From the IMG/VR virus record IMGVR_UViG_3300028857_000005, positions 1 through 64,000 of that record: a DNA stretch of 64,000 bases. One strand, given 5' to 3'. This document shows, in pieces, positions 51,551-61,657 of the stretch. The notes beneath the pieces are model-generated. The model was not told the origin of the DNA. It saw only the letters and a list, made by a program, of their open reading frames with translations, and made no database searches. Position numbers and translations under genes: made by a program. Each line of letters begins with the position of its first letter. Positions within the stretch are counted from its first letter, which is position 1. The DNA is from a virus (taxonomy: Duplodnaviria; Heunggongvirae; Uroviricota; Caudoviricetes).

Positions 51551-54500
51551 CGTTCAACACTCCTATAGATCATTTCGCCACCGCGTCCCTCAGACCATTC
51601 GATCTTCTTGGCTCTACCCGGCTGTAGACGGATAAAGGCTTGGCTGTAATTGCTGGGGAATACGATCATGGAATCCAATTCCCTAGCGCTGTTCGCAACA
51701 ATGACTGTTGCCATACGCTCACGCTTCTTTGTCCATCTGGACGAGAAGTCGATAACGAATAGCTCGTCATCTTCACAAAGCTTACCCTCATGGTTCAGGA
51801 ACTCCACAATGGGAGACTCGGAGAACTGAGTGGTCAAGTCGAATGGGACAAAGTCCACGATCCTGTTGTTGCCAATCAGGAGAACGTAGGCGTGACCCTT
51901 TTCGATTGTTGTATCTGGCGAGCAGAATACCGACGCAGCACCGTGCTTGTCCATGAAGGTAGCACGCGCCCATGTTGGCTTCTTGGCAACCTCAGTAACG
52001 ATTCCAAGAATGATGTACGCACCAGTCTCATCAACGTCCTGTGTAGTTGACAGGAATGCAGGCCAATGGTCAGGAACCCTAGCAGACATCTCAGGAAGAT
52101 TAAGGAACTCGTAAAGATTCGCCTTGATCCTCGCCATTGTGGTTGGGTTGTCATCGAACAGGCAAGCACCGATGTTATTCAATGCTCCCAAGGAACGAAC
52201 GTTCACACCGCTGCCCTTGGTTCCTACGAACTCCTCAACCTGCTTGTATGACAAGAATGGACGCTGATCGATGTACTTCTGTGCAGAAGTATCCGACAGG
52301 AACTTCACAGGAGAAAGACCGATGCGAATTGCATCACCCTCAATCGTGAAGCTGACACCAGACTCATTGACGTGCGGGAGCTTGATCTGGATACCCAGAC
52401 GCTTTGCCTCAATGAGGTACTGCGTACGAATGTCCTTGTCATTCTCATTGCAGAGAATTGCCCACATGAACTCCAATGGGTAGTGCAGCTTCAAGTAGGC
52501 TGTCCAGTATCCGATCAACGAGTATGCGTAAGCGTGTGACTTGTTGAAGGAATATCCTGCGTGAGCCTCGAAGTCGTGCCAAAGCTTCCAAGCTGTCTCT
52601 TCGCCTACGAACTCTGTCGCATTCTTGATGAACTTGTCTTCGAAAGGCTTAAACTCTTTCGAGTCCTTCTTCTTACCGATGATTCGACGGACCTTGTCTG
52701 CTTCTGCCATTGACATACCGCCGATGGTGAAGCAGGTACGCATAACCTGTTCCTGATAGAGAACACAACCGTAGGTGTCGGAGAGGTAAGGCTGTAGCTC
52801 CACACAGGGATACTCAGTCATCTCTTCGCCATGCATCCTAGCGATGTACGATTTACCAATCGTATTTGCAGCACCGGGCCTAACGAGGGCGTTGGTGGCC
52901 GCTAGCTCCTCGAAGGTCTTTACCTTGATCTTACGCAACAATGATGTGTAAGGGGCAGCCTCACACTGGAACACGCCCAGAGTGTGACCATCTGACAGCA
53001 TCTTATAGACATCCCTGTCGTCAAGCCTGAGCCTGTCCAAATCAAGTTTGATTCCGCGTAGCTCCGCAATCTTATCAACCGCATCGTGCAATACCGACAA
53101 CGCCTTGAGTCCGAGGAAGTCGAGCTTGATCAATCCGATGTCGGCAGCTTCGTCCATGTCAACAGCTACGATGTGTAGCTCTTCCTTGGTCGCTGCAATC
53201 TTGCGCATCTCGATTGGTGCAACACGGTTCAACGGGATATTGGATGCAACAATACCAGAAGCGTGAACTCCCGTACCCTTGATCCTACCGCGAAGCTGTT
53301 CACCGTACTTGATGACCTCAGGGTAATTGTCCCTGAACTCGACTACGTTCTTGATATCGGACAACAAGAAGTCTTCCCAGCCATCAATCTGCTTGTTGAC
53401 ACGGTTGACCTCTACCAGAGGAATACCGAATACACGGGAAACATCCTTGATGATGTTCTTGCCGCTGAACTCTTGGAACGTCGCAATGGACGCAACGTGC
53501 TTGTACTCCTCAGCGAAGTAAGCCTTTACCTCCGCACGACGCTTATCCTCAATGTCGATATCGAAGTCGGGGAATCCATCACGCTCAGGGTTGATGAATC
53601 GGAAGAACTCAAGCTTGTCCTTGATAGGATCAAGGTTCGTGATGCCCATTCCGAAAGCGATCAAACAGCCTGCACCAGAACCACGACCGGGTCCAACCCA
53701 GATGTTGTTCTTGTGGCAGAAGTCGATTGCGTTACCAACCAATAGGAAGTACGGGGAGAAGTGCTTGCTAGAAATTACAGGCATTTCCTCTTCAAGGATT
53801 CGTGCCTGATATTCTGGGTGGTTGTCCCACAATCCCTTTGCCCTCAGTCCAGCAATGGTACGTTCCAGAACTACCTCATCTGGGTTATCGAACCGTACCG
53901 GCAAAAGGTCGAGACCCTTGGGCACAACGTAATCACCGATCTGTTCGTAAACCTTGAAGGTGTTGTCGAACATATCCTCGCGGGCGTCATCGCCCATTGC
54001 ATCCCACATCTCCTGACCCGAAAGCAAATGGATGTCGAACTTATTGAAGGTCAGCATACGATCCTCAGCGTAAAGGTGGTCCAGACGCTTCATCGGGTCT
54101 TCAATCTGAATCGAAGACTCGTAGTCCGTATCCTTTACCTGCTTGGGATGCGTGTTGGCAATCAGCATGATTTCCTGAATTACCTTCTGGTCCTTCGTTG
54201 CATGGTGGCAGTCAGGAGTTACTAGAGTAGGAATACCCATGGAATCAGCAAGCTCGATAAGCTTCCTATTCATACCGGGAACGTTGTGAGGCATTACCTC
54301 GATGAAGTAGTCATCACCCTTGAGTTCCTTGAAGTAGGAAGCGACTTCCTTTGCCCTTGCAAAGTCGCCATTCTCGATAGCCTGATTGATCAGACCACCC
54401 ATGCAGCCAGAACCGATGATGATTCCCTCATGGTATTGCTCTAGGAGGTCGTAGTCCATACGAGGCTTGTAGTGGAACCCTGTGGTCCATGCAAGCTCGT

Positions 54501-54831
54501 TCATCTTGTTCAAGTTGTCGTAGCCAGCCTGATCCTTGGCAACCATCAGCAAGTGGTGGTAAATCTTGTCAAGGGGACCAACGCGCTCTTCCTTCTTGCG
54601 CCTGTCAGTCCTGTCAGCAGTGAAATAAGCTTCGATTGCAAAGATTGGCTTGATACCGCCAGCTAGCGCTGCACGATGGAAGTCACGGTGACCTGTCAAC
54701 GTGCCATGGTCGGAGACAGCAAGTCCCGGCATTTCAAGCTCCACTGCGCGTTCTACATATTCGGTCGGTGTTGCTACACCATCCATAAGACTAAAGTGTG
54801 TGTGGACGTGCAGAGGTACGTAGTTAATCAA
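51547..54831 (-). CDS. dnaE: DNA polymerase III alpha subunit (C-family, DnaE-like) with N-terminal PHP domain
   Basis: YVPLHVHTHFSLMDG PHP motif; 1094 aa. Multiple antisense shadow ORFs on +. Confidence 0.85.
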   Translation of the reverse strand: MINYVPLHVHTHFSLMDGVATPTEYVERAVELEMPGLAVSDHGTLTGHRDFHRAALAGGIKPIFAIEAYFTADRTDRRKKEERVGPLDKIYHHLLMVAKDQAGYDNLNKMNELAWTTGFHYKPRMDYDLLEQYHEGIIIGSGCMGGLINQAIENGDFARAKEVASYFKELKGDDYFIEVMPHNVPGMNRKLIELADSMGIPTLVTPDCHHATKDQKVIQEIMLIANTHPKQVKDTDYESSIQIEDPMKRLDHLYAEDRMLTFNKFDIHLLSGQEMWDAMGDDAREDMFDNTFKVYEQIGDYVVPKGLDLLPVRFDNPDEVVLERTIAGLRAKGLWDNHPEYQARILEEEMPVISSKHFSPYFLLVGNAIDFCHKNNIWVGPGRGSGAGCLIAFGMGITNLDPIKDKLEFFRFINPERDGFPDFDIDIEDKRRAEVKAYFAEEYKHVASIATFQEFSGKNIIKDVSRVFGIPLVEVNRVNKQIDGWEDFLLSDIKNVVEFRDNYPEVIKYGEQLRGRIKGTGVHASGIVASNIPLNRVAPIEMRKIAATKEELHIVAVDMDEAADIGLIKLDFLGLKALSVLHDAVDKIAELRGIKLDLDRLRLDDRDVYKMLSDGHTLGVFQCEAAPYTSLLRKIKVKTFEELAATNALVRPGAANTIGKSYIARMHGEEMTEYPCVELQPYLSDTYGCVLYQEQVMRTCFTIGGMSMAEADKVRRIIGKKKDSKEFKPFEDKFIKNATEFVGEETAWKLWHDFEAHAGYSFNKSHAYAYSLIGYWTAYLKLHYPLEFMWAILCNENDKDIRTQYLIEAKRLGIQIKLPHVNESGVSFTIEGDAIRIGLSPVKFLSDTSAQKYIDQRPFLSYKQVEEFVGTKGSGVNVRSLGALNNIGACLFDDNPTTMARIKANLYEFLNLPEMSARVPDHWPAFLSTTQDVDETGAYIILGIVTEVAKKPTWARATFMDKHGAASVFCSPDTTIEKGHAYVLLIGNNRIVDFVPFDLTTQFSESPIVEFLNHEGKLCEDDELFVIDFSSRWTKKRERMATVIVANSARELDSMIVFPSNYSQAFIRLQPGRAKKIEWSEGRGGEMIYRSVER

Positions 54832-54891
54832 GATTTGGTTTCCTTAGAAGTTAGAAGGGCTGGGGACCGAAGCCCCCAGCCACTTAGTTTG

Positions 54892-55560
54892 TTACCACTC
54901 TACGTTAGCAGAACCCTTGAGTTCGCCTTCCGGTGCTACGGAATTCGAGAATCCATAGAAGCGAGACTGCTCAGCGTAAGGCACGTCACGAAGGACTGCC
55001 TCGATATCAAATGGCTCTACTGCGGGCCACTTGAAAGGCTTTGCGTCAACAGCCTTTGGGTAGAACTGGTAGGTTGTGTTGTCCTTGCCAGTACCCGTAC
55101 GCTTGAGGCGGAAGGTCAGGTTCGAAATGGAATCATTCTCGATGAAGTGATCCTTGATCATTGCGAACTTGTCGTTGCGGTAAACACCCATGGACCAAAG
55201 AGCCACATAGGGATCGTTCTTGCCATCGTCAACGAGGACATTGATGTAGAACTTCTGCTTGGAGCGCCAAGCCTTATCGAATTCTACCTGCTCACATGCC
55301 CAGCACTTTCCCTGAGAATCCATGGAGCACAGAGCGTGACGCTTGTATCCTTCTGGTCCCGGTGGCTGGTGCTCGTCAACTACAGCGGCTGTACCACGAC
55401 CAAGATCGTAGTTGGGGGAGTTAACGTCAAGCTCATTGACGAAACGGAGAGTAACGTCATCTCCGTCCTTGAGTGAAAGCCACTTCGCCTTCACATAATC
55501 TACCGTCTCGCGTGGAGCGGTCTTCTCTTGAATTGCCTTGATACCTCTTGCAATACCCAT
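54892..55560 (-). CDS. putative ssDNA-binding protein (T4 gp32-like zinc motif H-x3-C-x8-C-x2-C)
   Basis: KRHALCSMDSQGKCWACEQ motif. Position between primase and polymerase. Tentative. Confidence 0.35.
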   Translation of the reverse strand: MGIARGIKAIQEKTAPRETVDYVKAKWLSLKDGDDVTLRFVNELDVNSPNYDLGRGTAAVVDEHQPPGPEGYKRHALCSMDSQGKCWACEQVEFDKAWRSKQKFYINVLVDDGKNDPYVALWSMGVYRNDKFAMIKDHFIENDSISNLTFRLKRTGTGKDNTTYQFYPKAVDAKPFKWPAVEPFDIEAVLRDVPYAEQSRFYGFSNSVAPEGELKGSANVEW

Positions 55561-56490
55561 TTACTTTTCTCCTAATAGTATATTCACTGGATTCTTCACA
55601 TAGTCAGCCCACTGAGGAATGTCACTGTACGGCATCTCACCGATGTCCTTGTAACCCTCGGGCGGTACTACCATTATACCACGTCCCTCTAGCTTTTCGC
55701 AAAGCTTGAACGCTGCTGCCTTACCGGGAGAGTCATTGTCAGCTACCACGAAGATAGACTTATAATGGCTAGTCAGCAAGGTAATTTGCGTCTTTGAAGG
55801 GTTGGCTCCCATGGTTGAAATCGCTGGGATTCCGTGCTGGTGAGCCAAGATGGAATCGATTGGAGACTCGAACAAAAAGATGTCTGAGTCCCACTTGTGA
55901 AGGTTGATTCCAAACAACGTCTGGGACTTCTTGGTTCCCGTTGAGTTCTTGAATTCCTTGCCTTCGATACTACGTGCCTGAAAGCCGACGATAAATCGAC
56001 CATCAGGTTCGTAGTAGGGGAAGATGACCATGTCCATGTTGCGACTGTAGCCAAGGTTGTATTCCAAGATACTCTTGCCATTGATACCGCGACTGTCGAG
56101 ATAGCTCTGTGCCCTACCGCTGGTGAGCAGTTCGGATGTGAGCTTGTCTGTGACAACAGAATCAAATGGCTCGTACTTGTTTTCCTGATCAAGTTTCGAC
56201 CTGATCGATTCAACGATGCTGGTCTCTGACTTGTAGGTGTCAATGAGACGGAGAGCTTCGAAGAAGGTCATGCCAGTCTCATGTCGAACCAAGTCTACCA
56301 GACTTGCGTGCTTAGTGCAAGCGAAGCAGTAGAACACTCCCGTGTCCTTACTTACCTCTGCCGCAGGAGTACGGTGGTTGGAGTGGTAAGGGCAGAAAAC
56401 GATCACGTCATTAGGAGCCTCAGCCGCAGCATCAAGTCCGATAACTTCGAGAACCTTCTCTACCTGTCCCTCAGAGTACTCAATCACCAT
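55561..56490 (-). CDS. dnaG: DnaG-type DNA primase (zinc-binding CHC2 + TOPRIM); start probably MVIEYSEGQ (ORF extends to 56595)
   Basis: CPYHSNHRTP...CFAC zinc finger. TOPRIM E...DNDSPG. Confidence 0.75.
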   Translation of the reverse strand: MVIEYSEGQVEKVLEVIGLDAAAEAPNDVIVFCPYHSNHRTPAAEVSKDTGVFYCFACTKHASLVDLVRHETGMTFFEALRLIDTYKSETSIVESIRSKLDQENKYEPFDSVVTDKLTSELLTSGRAQSYLDSRGINGKSILEYNLGYSRNMDMVIFPYYEPDGRFIVGFQARSIEGKEFKNSTGTKKSQTLFGINLHKWDSDIFLFESPIDSILAHQHGIPAISTMGANPSKTQITLLTSHYKSIFVVADNDSPGKAAAFKLCEKLEGRGIMVVPPEGYKDIGEMPYSDIPQWADYVKNPVNILLGEK

Positions 56491-57697
56491 ATTCCTTGTA
56501 GATAAACATGCCCTTGTCAAAGTCAACAACCAACAGGAACTCTCCCAAGAATCCATTGCGGTTCTTACGGAATACACATTCCATGATGTTGTCACCGGGC
56601 TGCCTACCGAATGCGATCAGCCAGTCAGCATCATACGCGATCTGCTTCGACCATGCAACTTGACCAAGCTGAGGAACAGAGTTCATGTCAGTAGCGTCGT
56701 CAGGTGTTGCAGACGAGATAGCCACAATGGCAATGTTCTTGTTGAGAGCAAGCTGCTTGAGTTCCCTCGACAATGCCTTCATCTTCTGGGTTTCCCCCTC
56801 AACCTTTGCGTTGGGGTCCATAAGGTTCAAGTAGTCGATGAACACAATGTCAGGTCGATACTGGTCAATCTTTGCACTGACTGTTGATGGCTTAACCGTT
56901 CCATCCATGCCGTCCGTTGAGACGATGTGAATAGGAGGGCGTCCATCAAACTTCTTGCCAGCCCAAAGTGTGAAATCTTCTGGCTCGACATATCCGCCAG
57001 AAAGCTTACGGTGAGACCATACGCCTTCGCCTTGGATTGTGAAGAGCCTTGTCCTTACCTCAGCCTCAGTCATTTCCAGACTAATGATGAGAGGAGTCTT
57101 GCCATTCTTCCATGCCTGTACCGCGAAGTACTGCATCATCCAAGACTTACCGATGGATGGGTAGGCAAGGAATACACCGAACTGTCCCGGTGTGATACCG
57201 GACGGCAGGCAAGCGTCGAAACCCTTGAGACCTGTCGTGATGCCGTAGGAACCACTGTCACGCAAGTCACGTACTTGCTTGAAATGGGCTAGGGCGCTGT
57301 CGATGTTGGTAGCGTCTAGGTCACGTACTGTAGACGTTGCACGGGTAATCTCCGATGCTGCCACTGTCATAGTTGTCAGGGCGTCACCAGCCTTACCGTC
57401 CTGTACCTGTTCTGCTGCCTTACGCAGCGTTGAGCGAACAGAGTCGTTCAGGAATTCGTTGCGGAGTTCGTCAAGATGATACTTGGTCGCTCCTGTATCT
57501 GTCGTGTATTCAAAACTGGGATATCTTTCCTTCACCAAGCCTACAGCCGGAACGCTCTGGTTCTGGTCGTAGTAGTTCCTGATGAAGTCCCAGATATCGG
57601 TGTGCGTCTTGAGTAGCGAAGAAACGTTTGCCTGCATGAGGACGTGCATCTGCTTGTCATTCAATACTGCGGAAAGCGTTCTAGCTTCAAGATTCAT
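56480..57697 (-). CDS. dnaB: DnaB-family replicative helicase
   Basis: Walker A AYPSIGKS and helicase C-terminal domain; 405 aa. Confidence 0.8.
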   Translation of the reverse strand: MNLEARTLSAVLNDKQMHVLMQANVSSLLKTHTDIWDFIRNYYDQNQSVPAVGLVKERYPSFEYTTDTGATKYHLDELRNEFLNDSVRSTLRKAAEQVQDGKAGDALTTMTVAASEITRATSTVRDLDATNIDSALAHFKQVRDLRDSGSYGITTGLKGFDACLPSGITPGQFGVFLAYPSIGKSWMMQYFAVQAWKNGKTPLIISLEMTEAEVRTRLFTIQGEGVWSHRKLSGGYVEPEDFTLWAGKKFDGRPPIHIVSTDGMDGTVKPSTVSAKIDQYRPDIVFIDYLNLMDPNAKVEGETQKMKALSRELKQLALNKNIAIVAISSATPDDATDMNSVPQLGQVAWSKQIAYDADWLIAFGRQPGDNIMECVFRKNRNGFLGEFLLVVDFDKGMFIYKEYGD

Positions 57698-58001
57698 CTA
57701 GTAGCTCCTTCATTTTGGCTCGCTGCGCTTTGCGAAACTCGTCGTCTTGCTGCTTCATGAGCATCGCCATATGGATATCAGTAGCCTTGAAGGCAAAGTT
57801 CTTCCATTGTGGATTGGTTTGGATTGAGAAGTAATAGTCCATCATCTCGTAAATGCGGTTCAAACCGAATGATTGAATTAACGCATCTGCCGCCCATTGT
57901 TCGGCATACTTATTGAGAGGAGGACGAACAAAGCCGTGGGACTTAGTTAGGTTCTCAAACTTTGAGATGACCGCGTACTTGTCTTTGTTCGTAGCTGCCA
58001 T
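57687..58001 (-). CDS. hypothetical protein (104 aa)
   Basis: ORF track entry. Confidence 0.5.
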   Translation of the reverse strand: MAATNKDKYAVISKFENLTKSHGFVRPPLNKYAEQWAADALIQSFGLNRIYEMMDYYFSIQTNPQWKNFAFKATDIHMAMLMKQQDDEFRKAQRAKMKELLDES

Positions 58002-58243
58002 TACTTGCCTGAGAGGCGCTTTGCCATATCAGTAGTTTCCTTGATCGCATTCGAGAGGTCTTCCTTTGTTTCAGTGATCTTCTCGTCTAGCTGATCCTCG
58101 GCAAACTTCGCAACTCGCGTGCTTGCTGCTTCCTTCGACTCACCTTCGCGGGAGTCGTCTGAGATTTCTACCTCGTACTTGACATTGCTGAAATCACCAA
58201 TGTTGATCGTGGTACCAACTCTCCATGTTACCTTCATAAGCAT
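58001..58243 (-). CDS. hypothetical acidic protein (80 aa)
   Basis: ORF track entry. Confidence 0.45.
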   Translation of the reverse strand: MLMKVTWRVGTTINIGDFSNVKYEVEISDDSREGESKEAASTRVAKFAEDQLDEKITETKEDLSNAIKETTDMAKRLSGK

Positions 58244-58304
58244 ACCTTTCTAGTAGGCACGAACGTGCCGCTGCATCATAATATAGCACCAAAAGTGCCC
58301 TGTG

Positions 58305-58805
58305 TCAAATCGTTTCGGGGAAAGTAGGCACGAACGTGCCGTCTTCTGTCTTCAAATAAACTACATATGCCTTGTTCAATTTTGCCGATAGCTCTGACTC
58401 TGTGGGCACTTGGTTGTTGATTTTGAGTCCATCCTTGCGAGGTCTACCCCTGTGAATTCCTGCCAAGATTTCACGCATTGTATAGATGGTCTCTTCTTTG
58501 TAATATGTACAAATCCCATTTGGGTCTTCATTAACTGGCATCCTTGGAATTGGGCGAGGCAATAATCCCTTGCGGGTCAAATTGCCCAAGGATTCCCTTG
58601 AGTAATTCAAGAGTTCCCCAGCCTCTGTTCTGGTGAATGCCTTCTTACGAACACGCTTAAATTCAGGAATTGACATAAACATGAACTTGTCCTTCGACCA
58701 ATTCTTGATCTTTACAATTCCCTGCGTTGGAACCTTTACTTCAACCGATACAAGATCGTCGCCAAGAAAATACACCTTGCGCTTCTTGTAAAGATAGGCG
58801 GTCAT
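58305..58805 (-). CDS. hypothetical protein (166 aa)
   Basis: ORF track entry. Confidence 0.5.
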   Translation of the reverse strand: MTAYLYKKRKVYFLGDDLVSVEVKVPTQGIVKIKNWSKDKFMFMSIPEFKRVRKKAFTRTEAGELLNYSRESLGNLTRKGLLPRPIPRMPVNEDPNGICTYYKEETIYTMREILAGIHRGRPRKDGLKINNQVPTESELSAKLNKAYVVYLKTEDGTFVPTFPETI

Positions 58806-59260
58806 CCTGCTGCTCCGATTGCAATAACGGATACGAGCAAGGTGACGTTCTCACCTTCCTTTGGGAAGTTGATTGTACCTGATGCTCCTGTAGCCGATAC
58901 GGAGGTAATGATAACATTGGCTTCCTGTGCTGCCGCTGGACTTGCTGCATCCTGAGGAATCATCAGAGTTGCCGTTACTGCTGGGATTGTACCAGACGCG
59001 AAGACAGGGTTGAACAACACACTCCACTTCTCGGGAGTAGCCGTTGATACCTTGGAGTTTGTGAGAACAGCAACCGTCTCGCCGTAGAACTGTCCCTGAG
59101 TCACACGTACGGGAGTCTGCTTGATTCCCTTGGTGACAACCGTGACGCCTGCTGCTTGACTGAAAATCTGTTCGTGCATTTCGTTGATTGCAGCGGCGTG
59201 CTCCTGCAAAACCTCCGATGAAATCGGGGTTCCCTGTGAGATAGTTCTTACCTTAGCCAT
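58802..59260 (-). CDS. hypothetical protein, possibly virion-associated (152 aa)
   Basis: ORF track entry. Ala/Thr/Val-rich, no Cys. Confidence 0.45.
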   Translation of the reverse strand: MAKVRTISQGTPISSEVLQEHAAAINEMHEQIFSQAAGVTVVTKGIKQTPVRVTQGQFYGETVAVLTNSKVSTATPEKWSVLFNPVFASGTIPAVTATLMIPQDAASPAAAQEANVIITSVSATGASGTINFPKEGENVTLLVSVIAIGAAG

Positions 59261-59267
59261 AGTCTAA

Positions 59268-59819
59268 TTATACCATTGTCAGATCGTGTTCGTGACCAAC
59301 AGTGTTGAAAACTGTCAGTGGCGTCTTGGTAAGAGGTAGCTCAGGCAAGACGTAGCGCTTGATGTAAGTTGATCTTGTTACTGCGATGTCTACCGCTGTC
59401 GGTACCGTCTGGATCAAGCCAGTCACATCATACACCATCGGAGAGTCGAACGCATACGACTTGGTTGCGAGGGAGTCCATGAAAGTCCAGTCTGTTACTG
59501 TTGCTCCGAAGTACCATCTCACGTAGAGGTCATACTGGGGGAGTCCGTAGCTGTCTTGCCAGTTGAGAGCGATGTTCCAACGTACGGGATCATCAGCTAC
59601 TCTAGCAGACACGATAGACATGGATGAAACCTCACCCTGATCGTAGAAGCTGTTTCCATCATAGTCTTCTGGATCATACACGGGTGGATAGATGTGGAAC
59701 GCAGGAGACCATTCCGACATGGAGTTACGGCTGTTGGATACAATCTTGAATCTAACAACAAGTGCTCCGTCTAGAGTAGCTGCTGGAAGATCAGCTTGCT
59801 TGACTACAATCCTTGGCAT
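59268..59819 (-). CDS. hypothetical protein, possibly structural (183 aa)
   Basis: ORF track entry. Confidence 0.5.
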   Translation of the reverse strand: MPRIVVKQADLPAATLDGALVVRFKIVSNSRNSMSEWSPAFHIYPPVYDPEDYDGNSFYDQGEVSSMSIVSARVADDPVRWNIALNWQDSYGLPQYDLYVRWYFGATVTDWTFMDSLATKSYAFDSPMVYDVTGLIQTVPTAVDIAVTRSTYIKRYVLPELPLTKTPLTVFNTVGHEHDLTMV

Positions 59820-61174
59820 TAAAGAACCTCGACATTAAGACGGAACTCAATGTATCCCGGCTCACCCTCATCGCTTACGATTGGCATTGGTGGAGCAAGA
59901 GAACCGTTACGCACGATACTATAACCAGTCATTCCATAGAGAGGATTGTTACTGGACAAGTTCTCGAACCTCATGCCGTCCAAGAATACGAAGTAGTCTT
60001 CTGCGAGCAGTCCTGAAATCACGGTTGGCTCAACCTGCACGGAAATCTTTACGGTCCTTACGTTGGACCATGAGAAGTTGGACGAATATGCTAGGTTGGA
60101 TAGGGGAACGGAGACAACCTTATATCTGTTGCCACCTAGCTCTGTGTCTGGGATTTCTGTATACAGCTTTGCATACCCGCTGGAATCAGACTCGGAGTAA
60201 AGGAACTCAACGAGAAGCTTAACGTTCTGGGGAGCTACGGTAATACTGTCGCTAGGTGCGGTAGACACTGACAGAGCAAGACGTAGCTCGTCTCCTGTGG
60301 AGTTGGCAGAGAAGTCCATGGCTCTTGTGTCAATGTGGATATGGGATGATCCTGCGTTGGCAGAACCATAATTTCCCACCCTTGTGATTGTAGCTGTATC
60401 TCCACGCATACCGATTGAAGTCTTTCCTAGCCTACCGCCCTCATATTGATTCTGGCGTGGCAGGGACTGGAACAATGAGTTGTTTGTCTCTACGGCAAAG
60501 ATAGGATCGATAATGGCCTTATCAATTGACAGGGTTCCTTCCGACAAAGCGGATACCGTTTCTACAGAGGACATTCCTGTGGAGCTATGCACCACCCATC
60601 CCTCTTCGGGAGACATGCCGAATAGCAAACGGCTTTGGCTGCCAAGAGCATTGGGGTCTGATGCTGCTGTCCATAGCGAAGCTTCGGAGATTACGAGTCG
60701 TTCATTGGACGGAATCTCTGCGGTGAATACCAGTTGGGTCTGATCCTCGTTGGCAAATCCTCTGGATACGATTGGGAGGCGCTTGGTCTCAAATGTCATT
60801 GCTGGATTGGAAGCATAGATGTTTCCTACGATCTGGGACACAAGTCCTTCAACGGCTGTTGCCGTGAGGTTAGCGTGTGTGAAGTCGAACGTGACAGTTG
60901 ATCCTGTTACTGAGTACACAAGATATTCTCCGCTGATGTCTGGTGTTCCTGCTGGAATGATTGTCTGAACGACCCTGATATCCATACCCGGCACGAACGT
61001 GTGTGATCCAAGATTAATAGTCGCACGATTGGACGTGATTGTCAGTTCGGTGAAGAACCTTCTGTAGCCCGTGTCTGGACTGGCACCACAGCCAAGTCCG
61101 ATGTGTGTTGCATATGCGGAAGTGTGACCAAGCATATACTTGGCAATAATTTCCCTACCTGCACCTGTGATCAT
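59819..61174 (-). CDS. putative virion structural protein (451 aa)
   Basis: Large Cys-free Ser/Thr/Gly-rich protein, co-transcribed with neighbours. Confidence 0.5.
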   Translation of the reverse strand: MITGAGREIIAKYMLGHTSAYATHIGLGCGASPDTGYRRFFTELTITSNRATINLGSHTFVPGMDIRVVQTIIPAGTPDISGEYLVYSVTGSTVTFDFTHANLTATAVEGLVSQIVGNIYASNPAMTFETKRLPIVSRGFANEDQTQLVFTAEIPSNERLVISEASLWTAASDPNALGSQSRLLFGMSPEEGWVVHSSTGMSSVETVSALSEGTLSIDKAIIDPIFAVETNNSLFQSLPRQNQYEGGRLGKTSIGMRGDTATITRVGNYGSANAGSSHIHIDTRAMDFSANSTGDELRLALSVSTAPSDSITVAPQNVKLLVEFLYSESDSSGYAKLYTEIPDTELGGNRYKVVSVPLSNLAYSSNFSWSNVRTVKISVQVEPTVISGLLAEDYFVFLDGMRFENLSSNNPLYGMTGYSIVRNGSLAPPMPIVSDEGEPGYIEFRLNVEVL

Positions 61175-61657
61175 TCATTCCTCCATGCCATATGTCACTC
61201 TTACCATTGTTCCACCCGAAAGGGCTTGAACGTCTACCCCCTCATCCCCCTCAAGCTTAATGAGGTTGATGATCAAATCTCCGTTCTCATCGATCAGGAT
61301 ACCGGGAAGGGATGGGTCTGTCAAATCTACAGCCGAGATGTACTTCGAAATATCAATCGTCGTGACGCCCGCTGACCTTGGCGCACCGACCTTGAGGAAC
61401 TTCGCTGTGATGTCCTTGGTGATGTCGTCAATCTCAGACGTGAGTTCGTAGTTGAGTCCGACTCCACCAACTGTATCATGCCTTGCGATGGAGGCTAGCT
61501 CAGCGCTGCCGAAGACTTCGAACAGAGGAGTGATTGTAGCACTCGCATCTTCGATTGTCAAATTCTCTGCTGCGAACGTATTAGCCTTCAGTTTCACGGC
61601 AAGGGTGTTCTTAACTGGCTTGAAAAAGATAGTGTCGTATGGAACGGAATTAACCAT
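61175..61657 (-). CDS. putative structural protein (160 aa)
   Basis: ORF track entry. Confidence 0.45.
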   Translation of the reverse strand: MVNSVPYDTIFFKPVKNTLAVKLKANTFAAENLTIEDASATITPLFEVFGSAELASIARHDTVGGVGLNYELTSEIDDITKDITAKFLKVGAPRSAGVTTIDISKYISAVDLTDPSLPGILIDENGDLIINLIKLEGDEGVDVQALSGGTMVRVTYGMEE

